Positions 38,990 to 48,233 are shown, counted from the first letter of the stretch. The stretch: DNA of 64,000 nt from an uncultured delta proteobacterium (GCA_963789265.1 CAWBKB010000001.1:2208001-2272000); one strand, 5' to 3'. A program made the numbers and translations. Notes: generated by a model not told the origin, from the sequence alone.

Positions 38990-39038
38990 CCGATGTTGGG
39001 TCAGGGCGACCCCTAAACAACCAATGGAGGATAACATC

Positions 39039-39275
39039 ATGTCCATTCCTGAATCAACACGAAACGAACTGTACTTGAGAGCAGGCGGTTTTTGCGAGTG
39101 TACCATGCTTACCTGTTTTGAACATCCGCGTGGAATGAGATGCCCTAAGCCCCTTGGTTGGGGTTGGCATGCTCACCATAGATCGAGATGGGGCGGTGAT
39201 GACCTTGGCAATCTTCTTGCCATGTGCCCAGAGTGTCACCAGAATACCCTAACTTATGGTCAGCCTCGCTGGTAA
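39039..39275 (+). CDS. Small HNH endonuclease (IS passenger)
   Basis: R..L..RAGG.CEC, HAHH, GGDD..NL.AMC.ECH; GGAGG RBS before ATG 39039. Confidence 0.82.
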   Translation: MSIPESTRNELYLRAGGFCECTMLTCFEHPRGMRCPKPLGWGWHAHHRSRWGGDDLGNLLAMCPECHQNTLTYGQPRW

Positions 39276-39630
39276 AGCGTTTGTGTAGTCGCTTCAATGC
39301 GCGCAGAACGTGCGGGAAAGCTTCATGCCAAACCGTTAACTCTGCTTGAATAAGACCCGATTCACAAACTTGGAGATAAACGGTCGCCCTATCCCCAACT
39401 TCTCTTACTAAGGCTGGCCCAAAAAAGCCAAGAACAAATTCTGCCAATTCTCTCCAGAAATGTCGGCCCTCATAACAGCCATATATGAATAATATTCGCG
39501 CTGGTCGATCTTGACTGCCTTGGCAGCTTGAAATTGTTTGAAGTCGTGCAAAGGCACTTAGAGCCGTCACCAAGTCAGCAACGCCTTCATCCACCGGTGC
39601 GTTGACCTTTATGAATTTCTGTTTATGCAT
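39145..39630 (-). CDS. Hypothetical protein with VD..V.DLV.AL...TISSCQG motif (IS passenger)
   Basis: ATG overlaps the stop of the upstream small ORF; 3' end overlaps the convergent HNH gene. Confidence 0.6.
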   Translation of the reverse strand: MHKQKFIKVNAPVDEGVADLVTALSAFARLQTISSCQGSQDRPARILFIYGCYEGRHFWRELAEFVLGFFGPALVREVGDRATVYLQVCESGLIQAELTVWHEAFPHVLRALKRLHKRFTSEADHKLGYSGDTLGTWQEDCQGHHRPISIYGEHANPNQGA

Positions 39631-39787
39631 TCTCGGTCGGTTCTTTTGTTTTTTTTGCTGGGAGTATCTTCTTTAGGGCTTCGTCAAGTTTTTCTTCTGC
39701 GTCTTCTCCCAAATGTTCTTCAGCAACCTTTACGAAGCGCGCATATTGCTCCGCGTCGTCTGGCTTCGGTTTTTTCTTTCTTCCCAT
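39623..39787 (-). CDS. 54-aa ORF translationally coupled to the transposase (absent from the ORF track)
   Basis: TAATG overlap; MGRKKKPKPDDAEQYARFVKVAEEHLGEDAEEKLDEALKKILPAKKTKEPTENA. Confidence 0.65.
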   Translation of the reverse strand: MGRKKKPKPDDAEQYARFVKVAEEHLGEDAEEKLDEALKKILPAKKTKEPTENA

Positions 39788-40761
39788 TATCGCATAACCC
39801 CGATTTGCCTATCAGTCGTTTGATAGGTGAGACGCTTTCCCACTACGCCCCTTAGCAGTATATCGGCTCTCTCAGTATCGCTAAAGCCTTTACGGGCGGA
39901 TCTCTTCTTGCTGTTGGGCCTGCCACAACGGTTATTATACCGAAAATCGAATTCGGCAAGGTAACGATGGAGATGCTGTTTTTTGCAATGCTGATAGATG
40001 CCCTTCATTCCTCGCTTAAAGATCGAAAAGAAGCCTTCAGCGCAATTGACGTGGACGGTGCGGTCTTCCCTGGACACATATTCCCCGTTACTGTGTTGAA
40101 CCATGCCATGCTCGGCAAAGTTTTCGTCAATGTGGCGATACTGACCGGCATCGTCAGTCATAACTCTTGCTTCTCGGTCTATATTCTCCTGTAGAATCGG
40201 AACGATGGTCTTTGCGTCAACGCTGTCCACGACCATACTTCGTGAACAACCAGACTCACGGTCAATGAGAGAAAGGATTTTGCGCTTGTGCACGTACCCT
40301 TTCTTCACTTCTTTACCGGGCTCATTCCAAAGAAAAGTTTCGTCAGATTCCACGGCCCCGCCATTTGCACCAAAAGGGGTCAGGTCACCGCTTCTCATGG
40401 CTTCTCGGATGCGATGACTCATGAACCAAGCACTTTTGAGAGTAATCCCCAACATCCTGTGGAGTTGATTTGAGGAAATACCCTTCTTTGATGCGGCAAT
40501 GAGGGTCATAGCCTGAAGCCACAATCGAAGCGGAATATGGCTTGATTCAAAGATGGTTCCGATCTTCACAGAAAACTGCTTTCGGCACACATAACACTTG
40601 TAAAGCCCGATTCGGGTGCTATTGCCCTTCATCTTACTTATACGCTCAGTAGCACCACAATGGGGGCACACCGGACCGTTAGGCCATATCCGGGCTTCAA
40701 TATACGCGTATGCAGCCTCTTCGGTTTGGAAGTGTGGCTTAGAGATGGTTGCGTGCCTCAT
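39787..40761 (-). CDS. IS1595 family transposase
   Basis: Zn ribbon CPHC..CYVC, GTIFE.SHIPL..W, E.DET, TD, N..EGFFS..KR, HL..YL.EF.FRYN. Confidence 0.95.
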   Translation of the reverse strand: MRHATISKPHFQTEEAAYAYIEARIWPNGPVCPHCGATERISKMKGNSTRIGLYKCYVCRKQFSVKIGTIFESSHIPLRLWLQAMTLIAASKKGISSNQLHRMLGITLKSAWFMSHRIREAMRSGDLTPFGANGGAVESDETFLWNEPGKEVKKGYVHKRKILSLIDRESGCSRSMVVDSVDAKTIVPILQENIDREARVMTDDAGQYRHIDENFAEHGMVQHSNGEYVSREDRTVHVNCAEGFFSIFKRGMKGIYQHCKKQHLHRYLAEFDFRYNNRCGRPNSKKRSARKGFSDTERADILLRGVVGKRLTYQTTDRQIGVMR

Positions 40762-40776
40762 AATAACCGTCCTGTC

Positions 40777-41640
40777 TTAGCGCAATTTCGCGTAGTCTTC
40801 GACAAAAAGCTTTACGGCGTTAAGTACCTTGATAGCGTCTTTGTCATCGTAATCAACTCTGACATGAATAGTGTCGTCTCTCCATGCCATTCTTACGCCA
40901 TTCAAGAATCCATGAGTAATTTTGCGTCGGTCTTTCTTGGCTCGTACTTTTGGCGGATCAATTTGTTCGTGTTCAAGTTTTTTATTAATTTCACCCAAGA
41001 TTATGCCCCATGCCTTTTTGTCAAAAATCCTAGGAGTTACTTTTAGTTTGCGAGCAAATTTACGTAGAACTACTTCTAGGATTCGCATCATGTGAAAGAC
41101 GGAAGCCGTATACCTCCCAACTGCAAAGCAATTCCCGGCTTCTTCGGCATCTTTCCTCAATTCGGGAAATTTGCTCAAAACCTCTTCGCCGAGGAACGTA
41201 CCTTCCATTTCATAAAAGCCTGAACCTGTAGGGTAAAGCATCAACATGGTTCTATTATCAATCTCGTGCAAAACGCCCTGAATTAATGAATCTAGCCTTC
41301 CCCGGATTTCATCATAGTGCTGCTTTTCGACGTTTTGATTACATAAATAGTTGATATGTTCCACCAAAACGTCTGCATTACTCGCGGAGTTGGTTAGGCC
41401 CGATGTTGCCGCCCTAAATCCCAACTCTTGTATTTCTAACAGTATTTCGGCCAAATCAACCGAGTAATCCGGGTGCATCAGGGCGTTAATGATCCCAGCG
41501 CAATGCGCCAAATTAGAGCAAATCCTAACGAAATTTCTTGCATAAAATCTCAAGATGTCCCACAAGCTCACAACCTGGAATGGGTGAAACGGGTCTTTCA
41601 AAGAAGACTTGTCTCTTAATAGCCGAAAGGTTAAATTCAT
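40777..41640 (-). CDS. Hypothetical protein, C-terminal HEPN/DUF4145-like helical domain (IS passenger)
   Basis: EEAG.CF..GRY.ASVFH.MR.LE..L and RDDTIH (Rx4H); AT-rich. Confidence 0.6.
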   Translation of the reverse strand: MNLTFRLLRDKSSLKDPFHPFQVVSLWDILRFYARNFVRICSNLAHCAGIINALMHPDYSVDLAEILLEIQELGFRAATSGLTNSASNADVLVEHINYLCNQNVEKQHYDEIRGRLDSLIQGVLHEIDNRTMLMLYPTGSGFYEMEGTFLGEEVLSKFPELRKDAEEAGNCFAVGRYTASVFHMMRILEVVLRKFARKLKVTPRIFDKKAWGIILGEINKKLEHEQIDPPKVRAKKDRRKITHGFLNGVRMAWRDDTIHVRVDYDDKDAIKVLNAVKLFVEDYAKLR

Positions 41641-41906
41641 CTTACTCCCCCTCTCTGGGTTTGGCAAGTATAATATCGCCTTAGAAAAGGGGGACTTTGA
41701 TCGCCCTCGGCCTGCATGGACCTCTTCTAAAGGAATGAAATTGCCTTAAGGTAACGCCTATGGACCTTATCGCACGCTCCGGTGAGCGACGTGGAATTGA
41801 ACAAGCTATCTTTTATCTCTGCGTTCTCGGCAGACTCTGCGGTGAACCTGATATCCGGCGAAAAGTCATTCGGCACATAGACTTAGTCAACCGCATGCCA
41901 AATTGC

Positions 41907-43693
41907 TCAGAAAGCACCATCGGGCAAGTCAACGACTTCGCGGGACGGCTTGTTGCAGGTCTCCAAGCGAGCGTTCAGGTACCAGGCAATGTAATCTCTG
42001 CGAAGTACGTCGCTTGCATAACTTTGCCGAGGTAGAAATCTTGCTTATCGCCTTCGTCGATTTTTCTCTGTGCAGCCACGGCCAGGTCCAGGAGACGCCA
42101 TATCATGATTGCGTCGCCATAGCACAAGAGCGCCGGATGCGTCTTCGATCCCCACTGGAGAACGTCGGTTTGAATGATATTCGCCATTGCAAGCGTCATC
42201 TCCTGCAAGCCTACTGTGGCATCCCCCAAAGAACGGACATGATCTCCAAGCACCGGGTGATCCGAGTATCTGGTGCAGAATGCTCGAAGTTCGCCAAGGA
42301 AAGCCTTTATGGGCGCACCCCCGTCCTTGATCAACTTTCGCCCCATGAGATCCATAGACATAATGCCGTTTGTTCCCTCGTACAGGGATAGGATTTTGGC
42401 GTCTCTCATGTATTGTTCCAGAGGATAATCCCTGGTAAAGCCATATCCGCCTAGGCATTGGATTGCATATTCACAAACCTTGAAGCCGGTTTCGGAGGCA
42501 TAAGCCTTAATAATGGGCGTTATGAACTCCACAAGGGCATTGTAACGCAACCTCTCCCTCTCATCTTCCGATTCTTCGGATAGATCCAGCCAATAACCCG
42601 CGGTATAGGCCATCGATCGCATGCCGTCCACCGCAGCCTTCATCCAGAGGAGCATTCGGCGAACGTCCGGATGATCTATGATGGGAACCTCTCCCGATTT
42701 CCTACGAGCGAGATCATGTCCCTGAATCCTTTCCTTTGTATAAGCGAGGGCATTCAGGTACGCGGTTGCCGCAATCCCGATTCCGCCCACGCCCACGTTG
42801 ATGCGAGCACTATTCATCATTTGGAACATGTGAGCGAGACCTTTGTTGGCCTCCCCGCACAAGTAGCCAATGCAGCCGTCATTGTCCCCAAAGTTGAGAA
42901 CGCAGGTGGGGGAAGCGTGCAGGCCCATCTTCTGTTCCACTCCGACGCAAACTACGTCATTCGGTTCCCCCAAAGAACCGTCATCCCGCACTCTTATTTT
43001 CGGAACAACAAACAGCGAGATCCCTTTCGTCCCGGCAGGTGCGCCCTCTAGTCGGGCCAAAGCCAAGTGGATAACGTTTTCGGTGAGATCGTGATCCCCC
43101 CACGTTATAAACATCTTGGTTCCTTTGATCCGGTAATGATCGCCCTCCGGAATCGCCTTTGTTCTGATGGCGCCCACATTTGAACCGGCCTGCGGTTCGG
43201 TGAGGCACATAGTTCCTGACCATTTGCCTGAATACATGTTGGCAACGTACCGGTCCCGAAGTTCTTTCGTGCCGAAACACTCAATCAGATGCCCGGCACC
43301 ATGGGTGAGACTCGGGGCCATGTGAAATGAGATGCAGGCGCCGTACATAAGATCGTTAATGACGATCCCCATCAGATGGGGAAAGCCCTGCCCCCCGTAC
43401 TCCGCATCGCTCGTAGGTGCGATCCAGCCATTTTCGCCATAAAGCCGAAAGGCATCCCGATAACCGGGGGCACAACAAACATTACTTGCCCCGAGAGTGC
43501 AGCCGTGCTTGTCACCAACCTCCTGGAGCGGTCCAACAACGCCACCGGCGAACTTGACCGCTTCTGCGACCAACATATCCAATGTCTCCACGTCAAGTTC
43601 GCGGAACCTGGGGAGTTTGCAAAGGTCCCCGTAGTTAAGCTGTTCATTAAGAATAAAGTAGATATCCCGCTCACTTACCTTGAAATGTGTCAT
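41907..43693 (-). CDS. Acyl-CoA dehydrogenase; premature TGA at 41975 from a frameshift, C-terminal tail in another frame
   Basis: MCLTEP.AGS, G.K.FIT.G, KMG.HASPT, Q.LGGYG, YEGTNGI; tail ARLETCNKPSREVVDLPDGAF ends at 41907. Confidence 0.9.
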
Positions 43694-43819
43694 CAGTCTT
43701 CTCCTCTAATTAGAGTCTTAGCCGTGTGTTCCTTATAGATCCACGATCGCGATGTCGGGCTGTTCAAGCATGGTTCAGTTGACAGGTCCGCCTGATATCA
43801 AGTATTTTCTACTTAACAG

Positions 43820-43835
43820 GGCAACTATCGTGCCA
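43820..43835 (-). promoter_or_regulatory. Sigma-54 promoter of the acyl-CoA dehydrogenase
   Basis: TGGCACG-ATAG-TTGCC. Confidence 0.8.
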
Positions 43836-44144
43836 AAGGCTCGGACATAGACCGATGAGTCGGATGCCGGGCGTTTGCCTACTTATTTCTTGGCTGTAAC
43901 CCCGTTTGTGGATTTTCTTATTCATTGAGGCATTTTGTAGAGGAAGTTCTACACGCTTCGGGGCTGATCTCGCTAACTTGGCATAAGGACTGACGGCTAA
44001 GAAGTTGACAGCTTCCCTATGTATAAAATGATCTACGTATAGAATCTTCGACACAATTACCCGTGCTCCGGCGACCTAACCGGGAAAACCCCGGCTTGAG
44101 TCCACTCACTTTCACCTTATAAAGCAGCCATCCGTCATCTAACA

Positions 44145-44160
44145 AGCAATTTTCATGCCA
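44145..44160 (-). promoter_or_regulatory. Second sigma-54 promoter
   Basis: TGGCATG-AAAA-TTGCT. Confidence 0.7.
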
Positions 44161-44285
44161 ATGCCAGGCAATGCTCTTGCCCTCTCACGCGGCGAGCTTT
44201 GTAGAGACAAGTTTGACTACGTCCTCGGATTTTTTGACAGATTGTAAAAATGGTTGAATTTGTAGGACGCGGCGAGCACTCCAAG

Positions 44286-44651
44286 CTAAGAAGGCGTCTC
44301 CTCGATTACGTCCACACGGTCGGAGTAAAAGGCCACGTAATTCTTGATGTCAGCCACGGATGGATATGGTGACTCGTAGCTCCAGACAGCGTTTTCCGCT
44401 GATCGGCCGTCTGCACTTATGCTGAAATAACTTGCATCGCCCTTGTAGGGGCAATGGGTGGAGTGGTTGGTACGCTTAAGCGCGGTGAGGTCAACGTCTT
44501 CCCGCGGGATGTACTGAACCGGGGGTAATGTCGCTTCCCGGAGTGTCAATACCGGCTTGCTGTCCGCAATGGTGCGGCCGTTAAAGGTTACCCGAATCCT
44601 GTTGGGGTTGCGTTCAATCGTTATCGGATGATCCGGACCTGGAATCTTCAT
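44286..44651 (-). CDS. DUF427 domain protein
   Basis: LRE..LPP..YIP..DV, T.CPYKG.ASY, AVWSY..P. Confidence 0.88.
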   Translation of the reverse strand: MKIPGPDHPITIERNPNRIRVTFNGRTIADSKPVLTLREATLPPVQYIPREDVDLTALKRTNHSTHCPYKGDASYFSISADGRSAENAVWSYESPYPSVADIKNYVAFYSDRVDVIEETPS

Positions 44652-44849
44652 TTTTGTCTCCTGTTGGCGCGAGCTCACCGCCGCGATTAATTCTTCGGAA
44701 CGTATGGGCCATAACGAGGATGGATACGATGTGGTCTGATTCCGGACGCAATCCATCGCTCCCCTGCCCCGCTACACTCTTTATGAAATATGGAGACGGC
44801 ATGCGCATCACGCAAGATAGTTGCAGGCTCGATGTGCGGCTGGGCAGGC

Positions 44850-44927
44850 AGTTCACGCAAGAAGAGACGTCTGAACCATGTCGCAGGCGTCAAGGATGTC
44901 ATTCAACTAGAGGTATACACGCCGCAT
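44850..44927 (-). pseudogene. Truncated HepT/DUF86 (HEPN) toxin remnant
   Basis: MRRVYL*LNDILDACD overlapping the end of the MNT gene; in-frame TAG. Confidence 0.65.
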
Positions 44928-45225
44928 ATCGTACTCGTGCCGTGGCCAGATCGTGGTCACGAATAACCGGCTTCAGACCGTCTTTGGGGACTAGATCAGC
45001 TTTGCGGCCCAGGAGGGCTTCCAGTTCGCACTGCATTCGGGCCAGAGTCACAAAAGTGACTCGTGCTTCTGGTTGGAAGCTTACCAACATATCTACGTCA
45101 CTCTCAGAATCGCTATCCGAGCGCAGCATGGACCCGAACAGCGCTAGCTCCCGCACCTGGTATTGACGGCAGGCGCTTGCGAGCTCTTCCATAGGAATGT
45201 GAAAAGACGCCACTTCGTTCATCAT
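44899..45225 (-). CDS. Minimal nucleotidyltransferase (MNT/MntA-type antitoxin)
   Basis: LFGS..R......SDVD.LV.F, LE.LLGRK.DLV....LK. Confidence 0.85.
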   Translation of the reverse strand: MMNEVASFHIPMEELASACRQYQVRELALFGSMLRSDSDSESDVDMLVSFQPEARVTFVTLARMQCELEALLGRKADLVPKDGLKPVIRDHDLATARVRYAACIPLVE

Positions 45226-45421
45226 TTTTCCGGTCTGAAAACCTTCCTGCGTGCTACCGCAAAGTAATGTACAGGCCGGTAAAACCCGGGAACAGCATAC
45301 CAGATTGGGGACGACCAGCCAATTGAGTAAGCTGTCCCCAGATTTTTTGCGCTGTTCATTCCACTCTGGCTGGAATTGCTTTTGTTCCATCGTTTGCCCT
45401 TCAGGCGGCGCCACCGTACCT

Positions 45422-45703
45422 TCAGTAGACTTCATCGTGGGTGCCCACCGTCTGGAAGAGAATAGCCTCCGAGCCCTTGTAATCTACCATCTCAAACACA
45501 ATTCTCAAATCGTAGCCTACACTTGCGGCCCATGCCCCTTCGAGGTCCCCCTTGCGCTTATGGGTCTTCAACTTGGGATGCAGCGGATCTTCTGATAACA
45601 ATTCCAAAGCGGCTTGGAGGTCTTCGGCCACGCCGGAACGTTTCTTGAGAAGGCGCTTGGCAGCGCGAACAAAAGCACTGGAGCGTATCAGCGTACGCTT
45701 CAC
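45422..45703 (-). CDS. RelE/YafQ family toxin
   Basis: F.RA.KRL, LKTHK.KGDL, DLRIVF, GTHDEVY. Confidence 0.88.
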   Translation of the reverse strand: MKRTLIRSSAFVRAAKRLLKKRSGVAEDLQAALELLSEDPLHPKLKTHKRKGDLEGAWAASVGYDLRIVFEMVDYKGSEAILFQTVGTHDEVY

Positions 45704-45915
45704 GACCGTATCTCTTTCATGAGATCTTCGACCGTGGTCGGATCACACTGACCTTGCGCAAACTCCTCACGGGACTCCAGAATATCTTGAGCCAACCTCT
45801 TTCGGCCCTGCTCGGCCAGACGGCGCCGGACGATAAGGACCAAGGTCTCTTGTTCGTCCGCAGATAACTTGTCCACTGCCTCCAGCACTTCTCCGAAGCA
45901 TGCTGTATTTTCCGT
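45700..45915 (-). CDS. Cognate antitoxin; ACG occupies the expected start codon position
   Basis: AGGAGG RBS then ACG GAA AAT; EVLEAVDKLS.DEQETL...EDLMKEI; GTGA overlap with the toxin. Confidence 0.7.
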   Translation of the reverse strand, partial: TENTACFGEVLEAVDKLSADEQETLVLIVRRRLAEQGRKRLAQDILESREEFAQGQCDPTTVEDLMKEIRS

Positions 45916-46344
45916 GACTCCCCTCCTGTGCGGCAGGCCCCGGTAGCTTTCCGTGGCCCATGTTTGACTGTCTCTTGACGATTTCCCCATCTCCTCAGTC
46001 TCGTTCAGTCGATGCATACAGAGAAGTCGAGACCAACGTTGTACTCACATGGATCATTGCCATTCTAACTGTGGCGAAAGAACGTGTCGGTGTCAAGCAG
46101 AAGAAGGACTTGTGGTGCCGATTGCAGCCATATGAACGAAGCACCCGGTGCAGTAACATCACGAATTACAAACGGAACCCCGATTGCTTCCAGCCAAGCT
46201 GCTTTCATTTTCGTTTGTCACTCGTTACGTTTTCTGACTTGTTTTTGGATAGTTTCCACATAAACTCGCATTGGTCTCATGCTTCGAGCTCCTCACACAC
46301 TCGCTGTTAGTCTTATTGCCCGGAATCGTCACATTCGACCCGAT

Positions 46345-47184
46345 TCAACGATCTGTTCCCCGCACGTTGCTAAGTGCGATAAGCTGGCCCACGCTTCGGC
46401 AATCGCTCGTTTTCGACTTTACGCGAGGCTTGTCCTGTCCACGTATCTCGGACAGAGCACGGCATTTAAGTTCAGCGCCGACCGTCGAATTGTCTTCTGC
46501 GAGCAATCTCACTAGTGCAGCATCCTTGTCCTTTTGCTGCAACTTTGCTACCCACTTTGAAAGTTCTTTTCTAGTCAAAGGGTTAGAACTCTCGCTTTTC
46601 TCAGCGGCTGCGGAGATCAAGTCCGGGTCGATGCGCAAGAAGTCCGCTAGACTTCTGAGCGGCGCATTTAGCGAGCGAAGCCCTGACGGCACAGGCGGCT
46701 CGAGAGTGTCATCATCGAATTCCCCTGCCTGTACACCGAGCAGCCACCCGAAGTACAAACAACGGTAGTCGCCACCCATCAAATCCGCCCTCAACTGCAC
46801 CAGCGAGGCCATCCACCCCGCTCCTTCGATCCATTCGCTCTCCTCTTCCTCGGAGGAGAGGGTAAAAATGAGATTAGCTGCATGCTTTCGATAGTTGAAA
46901 CTGTCACAACCGCAATATTCTTTGGCGAGATCAAGATCGATTACATTTGCGGGTACACGCAGCATGAGAATCCGGATACCCCAGTTTGCCAGATAGAGAT
47001 GGGCATCAAAATATTTCTCCATCCAGTCGTTCGGATCGCCCTTCAAGTCGCCCCAGTTGTATTCGTTAACGAAGCTGTAGGGCGAGATGTCGGCCCGCGA
47101 TGAATAGGATCTCAGCTCGTCCATCTGCCTCTCTGTAAGTGGGCGATCAATGGCTCGGAACTCATAGTAATGGTACTCGCTCAT
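46345..47184 (-). CDS. Conserved-type hypothetical protein (MSEY.YYEF.AIDRPL), possibly C-terminally truncated
   Basis: Y.WGD.KGDP, YFDAHLY.ANWG, R.DL..GD.R.LY..WL motifs. Confidence 0.75.
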   Translation of the reverse strand: MSEYHYYEFRAIDRPLTERQMDELRSYSSRADISPYSFVNEYNWGDLKGDPNDWMEKYFDAHLYLANWGIRILMLRVPANVIDLDLAKEYCGCDSFNYRKHAANLIFTLSSEEEESEWIEGAGWMASLVQLRADLMGGDYRCLYFGWLLGVQAGEFDDDTLEPPVPSGLRSLNAPLRSLADFLRIDPDLISAAAEKSESSNPLTRKELSKWVAKLQQKDKDAALVRLLAEDNSTVGAELKCRALSEIRGQDKPRVKSKTSDCRSVGQLIALSNVRGTDR

Positions 47185-47275
47185 AAGTCACTTCTTGGTG
47201 TGTTAGTTCGTTTGAACAAAATTGGTCGACAAAACGGTCCGCGTCAAGGAAAAAAACCGTCACCAGTTGCTCGAA

Positions 47276-47821
47276 TCAGCTCATCCGCCTGGCACGGAAC
47301 TCAGCTTCGAGCTTCCAGGTCCTACCATCCGCTTGCAGCGCTTCCCCAAGCCAGTGGAATGTCTCGGCGGTGATTTCAGTGAACATCCAACGAGTCACCG
47401 TGCCGTTGGAACGAAGACCGATCTGAACGATATCCTCGTCGCTCGACCGCGCGATTTGTTCCTCGCGGTGATTTCTCGCGGGATTGGTCCATGTGATGCG
47501 CCAGGCTTGGATAGTCGGGTCCCAAACACGCAGCGTCGAGCCATAAGTAATTACCTTGCCGGAATCTCCGCTTTGTCCCGAATTTTGAGACACTATAAAG
47601 ACATCCTGCACCGCCCGTCCTTCGAGCACCCACCCGAAGTGAGCCTCTCCTTCTAAGGATTGCGAAGTAACGTCAAGGCCGTAGTAGTGACGAACATCCA
47701 GTGCCCAGCTTCCGATCAGCCTGCCGTACAGATCCTCTGATTCCGGGATCTCAGGCGACCGGCCTTCGGCCGCCAACGCAATCCAAAGTTCTGCACTTTG
47801 TCCCGCATTAATTGTATCCAT
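47276..47821 (-). CDS. Hypothetical beta-rich protein
   Basis: LIGSW, GEAHF.WVLEGRAVQDV, YG.TLR; RBS present. Confidence 0.75.
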   Translation of the reverse strand: MDTINAGQSAELWIALAAEGRSPEIPESEDLYGRLIGSWALDVRHYYGLDVTSQSLEGEAHFGWVLEGRAVQDVFIVSQNSGQSGDSGKVITYGSTLRVWDPTIQAWRITWTNPARNHREEQIARSSDEDIVQIGLRSNGTVTRWMFTEITAETFHWLGEALQADGRTWKLEAEFRARRMS

Positions 47822-47833
47822 CGCCAGTGCCTC

Positions 47834-48130
47834 CTATTGGGCGCCCGAGTCTTTCGAAAAGACCCAGCGGTTCCTCGGCTTGACTAACAGCGGAGTAAGC
47901 AGACGTACAGGTTCGGCATTCGCATATTCATCACGGGTGCGGTCTGCGGCCTCTCTGGTGGCCCATTCACTGACGACCAACAGATGCCCCTTTTCATCTT
48001 CGTCTCTGAGAATGAAATGAGATACGTAACCCTGAAAGCCCGTCATATCAGGCCAGATTCTGCGAGTGAGCGCAAGCCCTTCTTCCTCAGAGCCAGGCTT
48101 CAACCATGTTTCCCAAACTACAGTAGCCAT
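47834..48130 (-). CDS. Antibiotic biosynthesis monooxygenase (ABM) family protein
   Basis: LKPG.EE, GF.GY....LRD, VVSEW.TRE; AGGAG RBS. Confidence 0.8.
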   Translation of the reverse strand: MATVVWETWLKPGSEEEGLALTRRIWPDMTGFQGYVSHFILRDEDEKGHLLVVSEWATREAADRTRDEYANAEPVRLLTPLLVKPRNRWVFSKDSGAQ

Positions 48131-48233
48131 ACCGTATACTCCTTTCGAGAATGTTGTGCTCGCCTGATAACAATAAGACCGATTCGCCTCACACCAGTGA
48201 GCGATCAAACGGTGAACAATCAGGGAAATACAG

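Larger units (their letters stand above)
38809..41680 (-). mobile_element. IS1595-family element with passenger genes (2872 bp)
   Basis: Perfect 24-bp TIR GGCGATATTATACTTGCCAAACCC (38809-38832 / 41657-41680); 8-bp TSD TTAGAAAA (38801-38808, 41681-41688). Confidence 0.95.

Noticed and set aside
39039..39275. IscB/HEARO-type RNA-guided nuclease
   Set aside because: Only 78 aa, with no PLMP or RuvC motifs, and the host element is IS1595, not IS200/IS605.
41975..41977. Selenocysteine read-through of the acyl-CoA dehydrogenase TGA
   Set aside because: The plausible tail is in another frame, so it is a frameshift rather than recoding.
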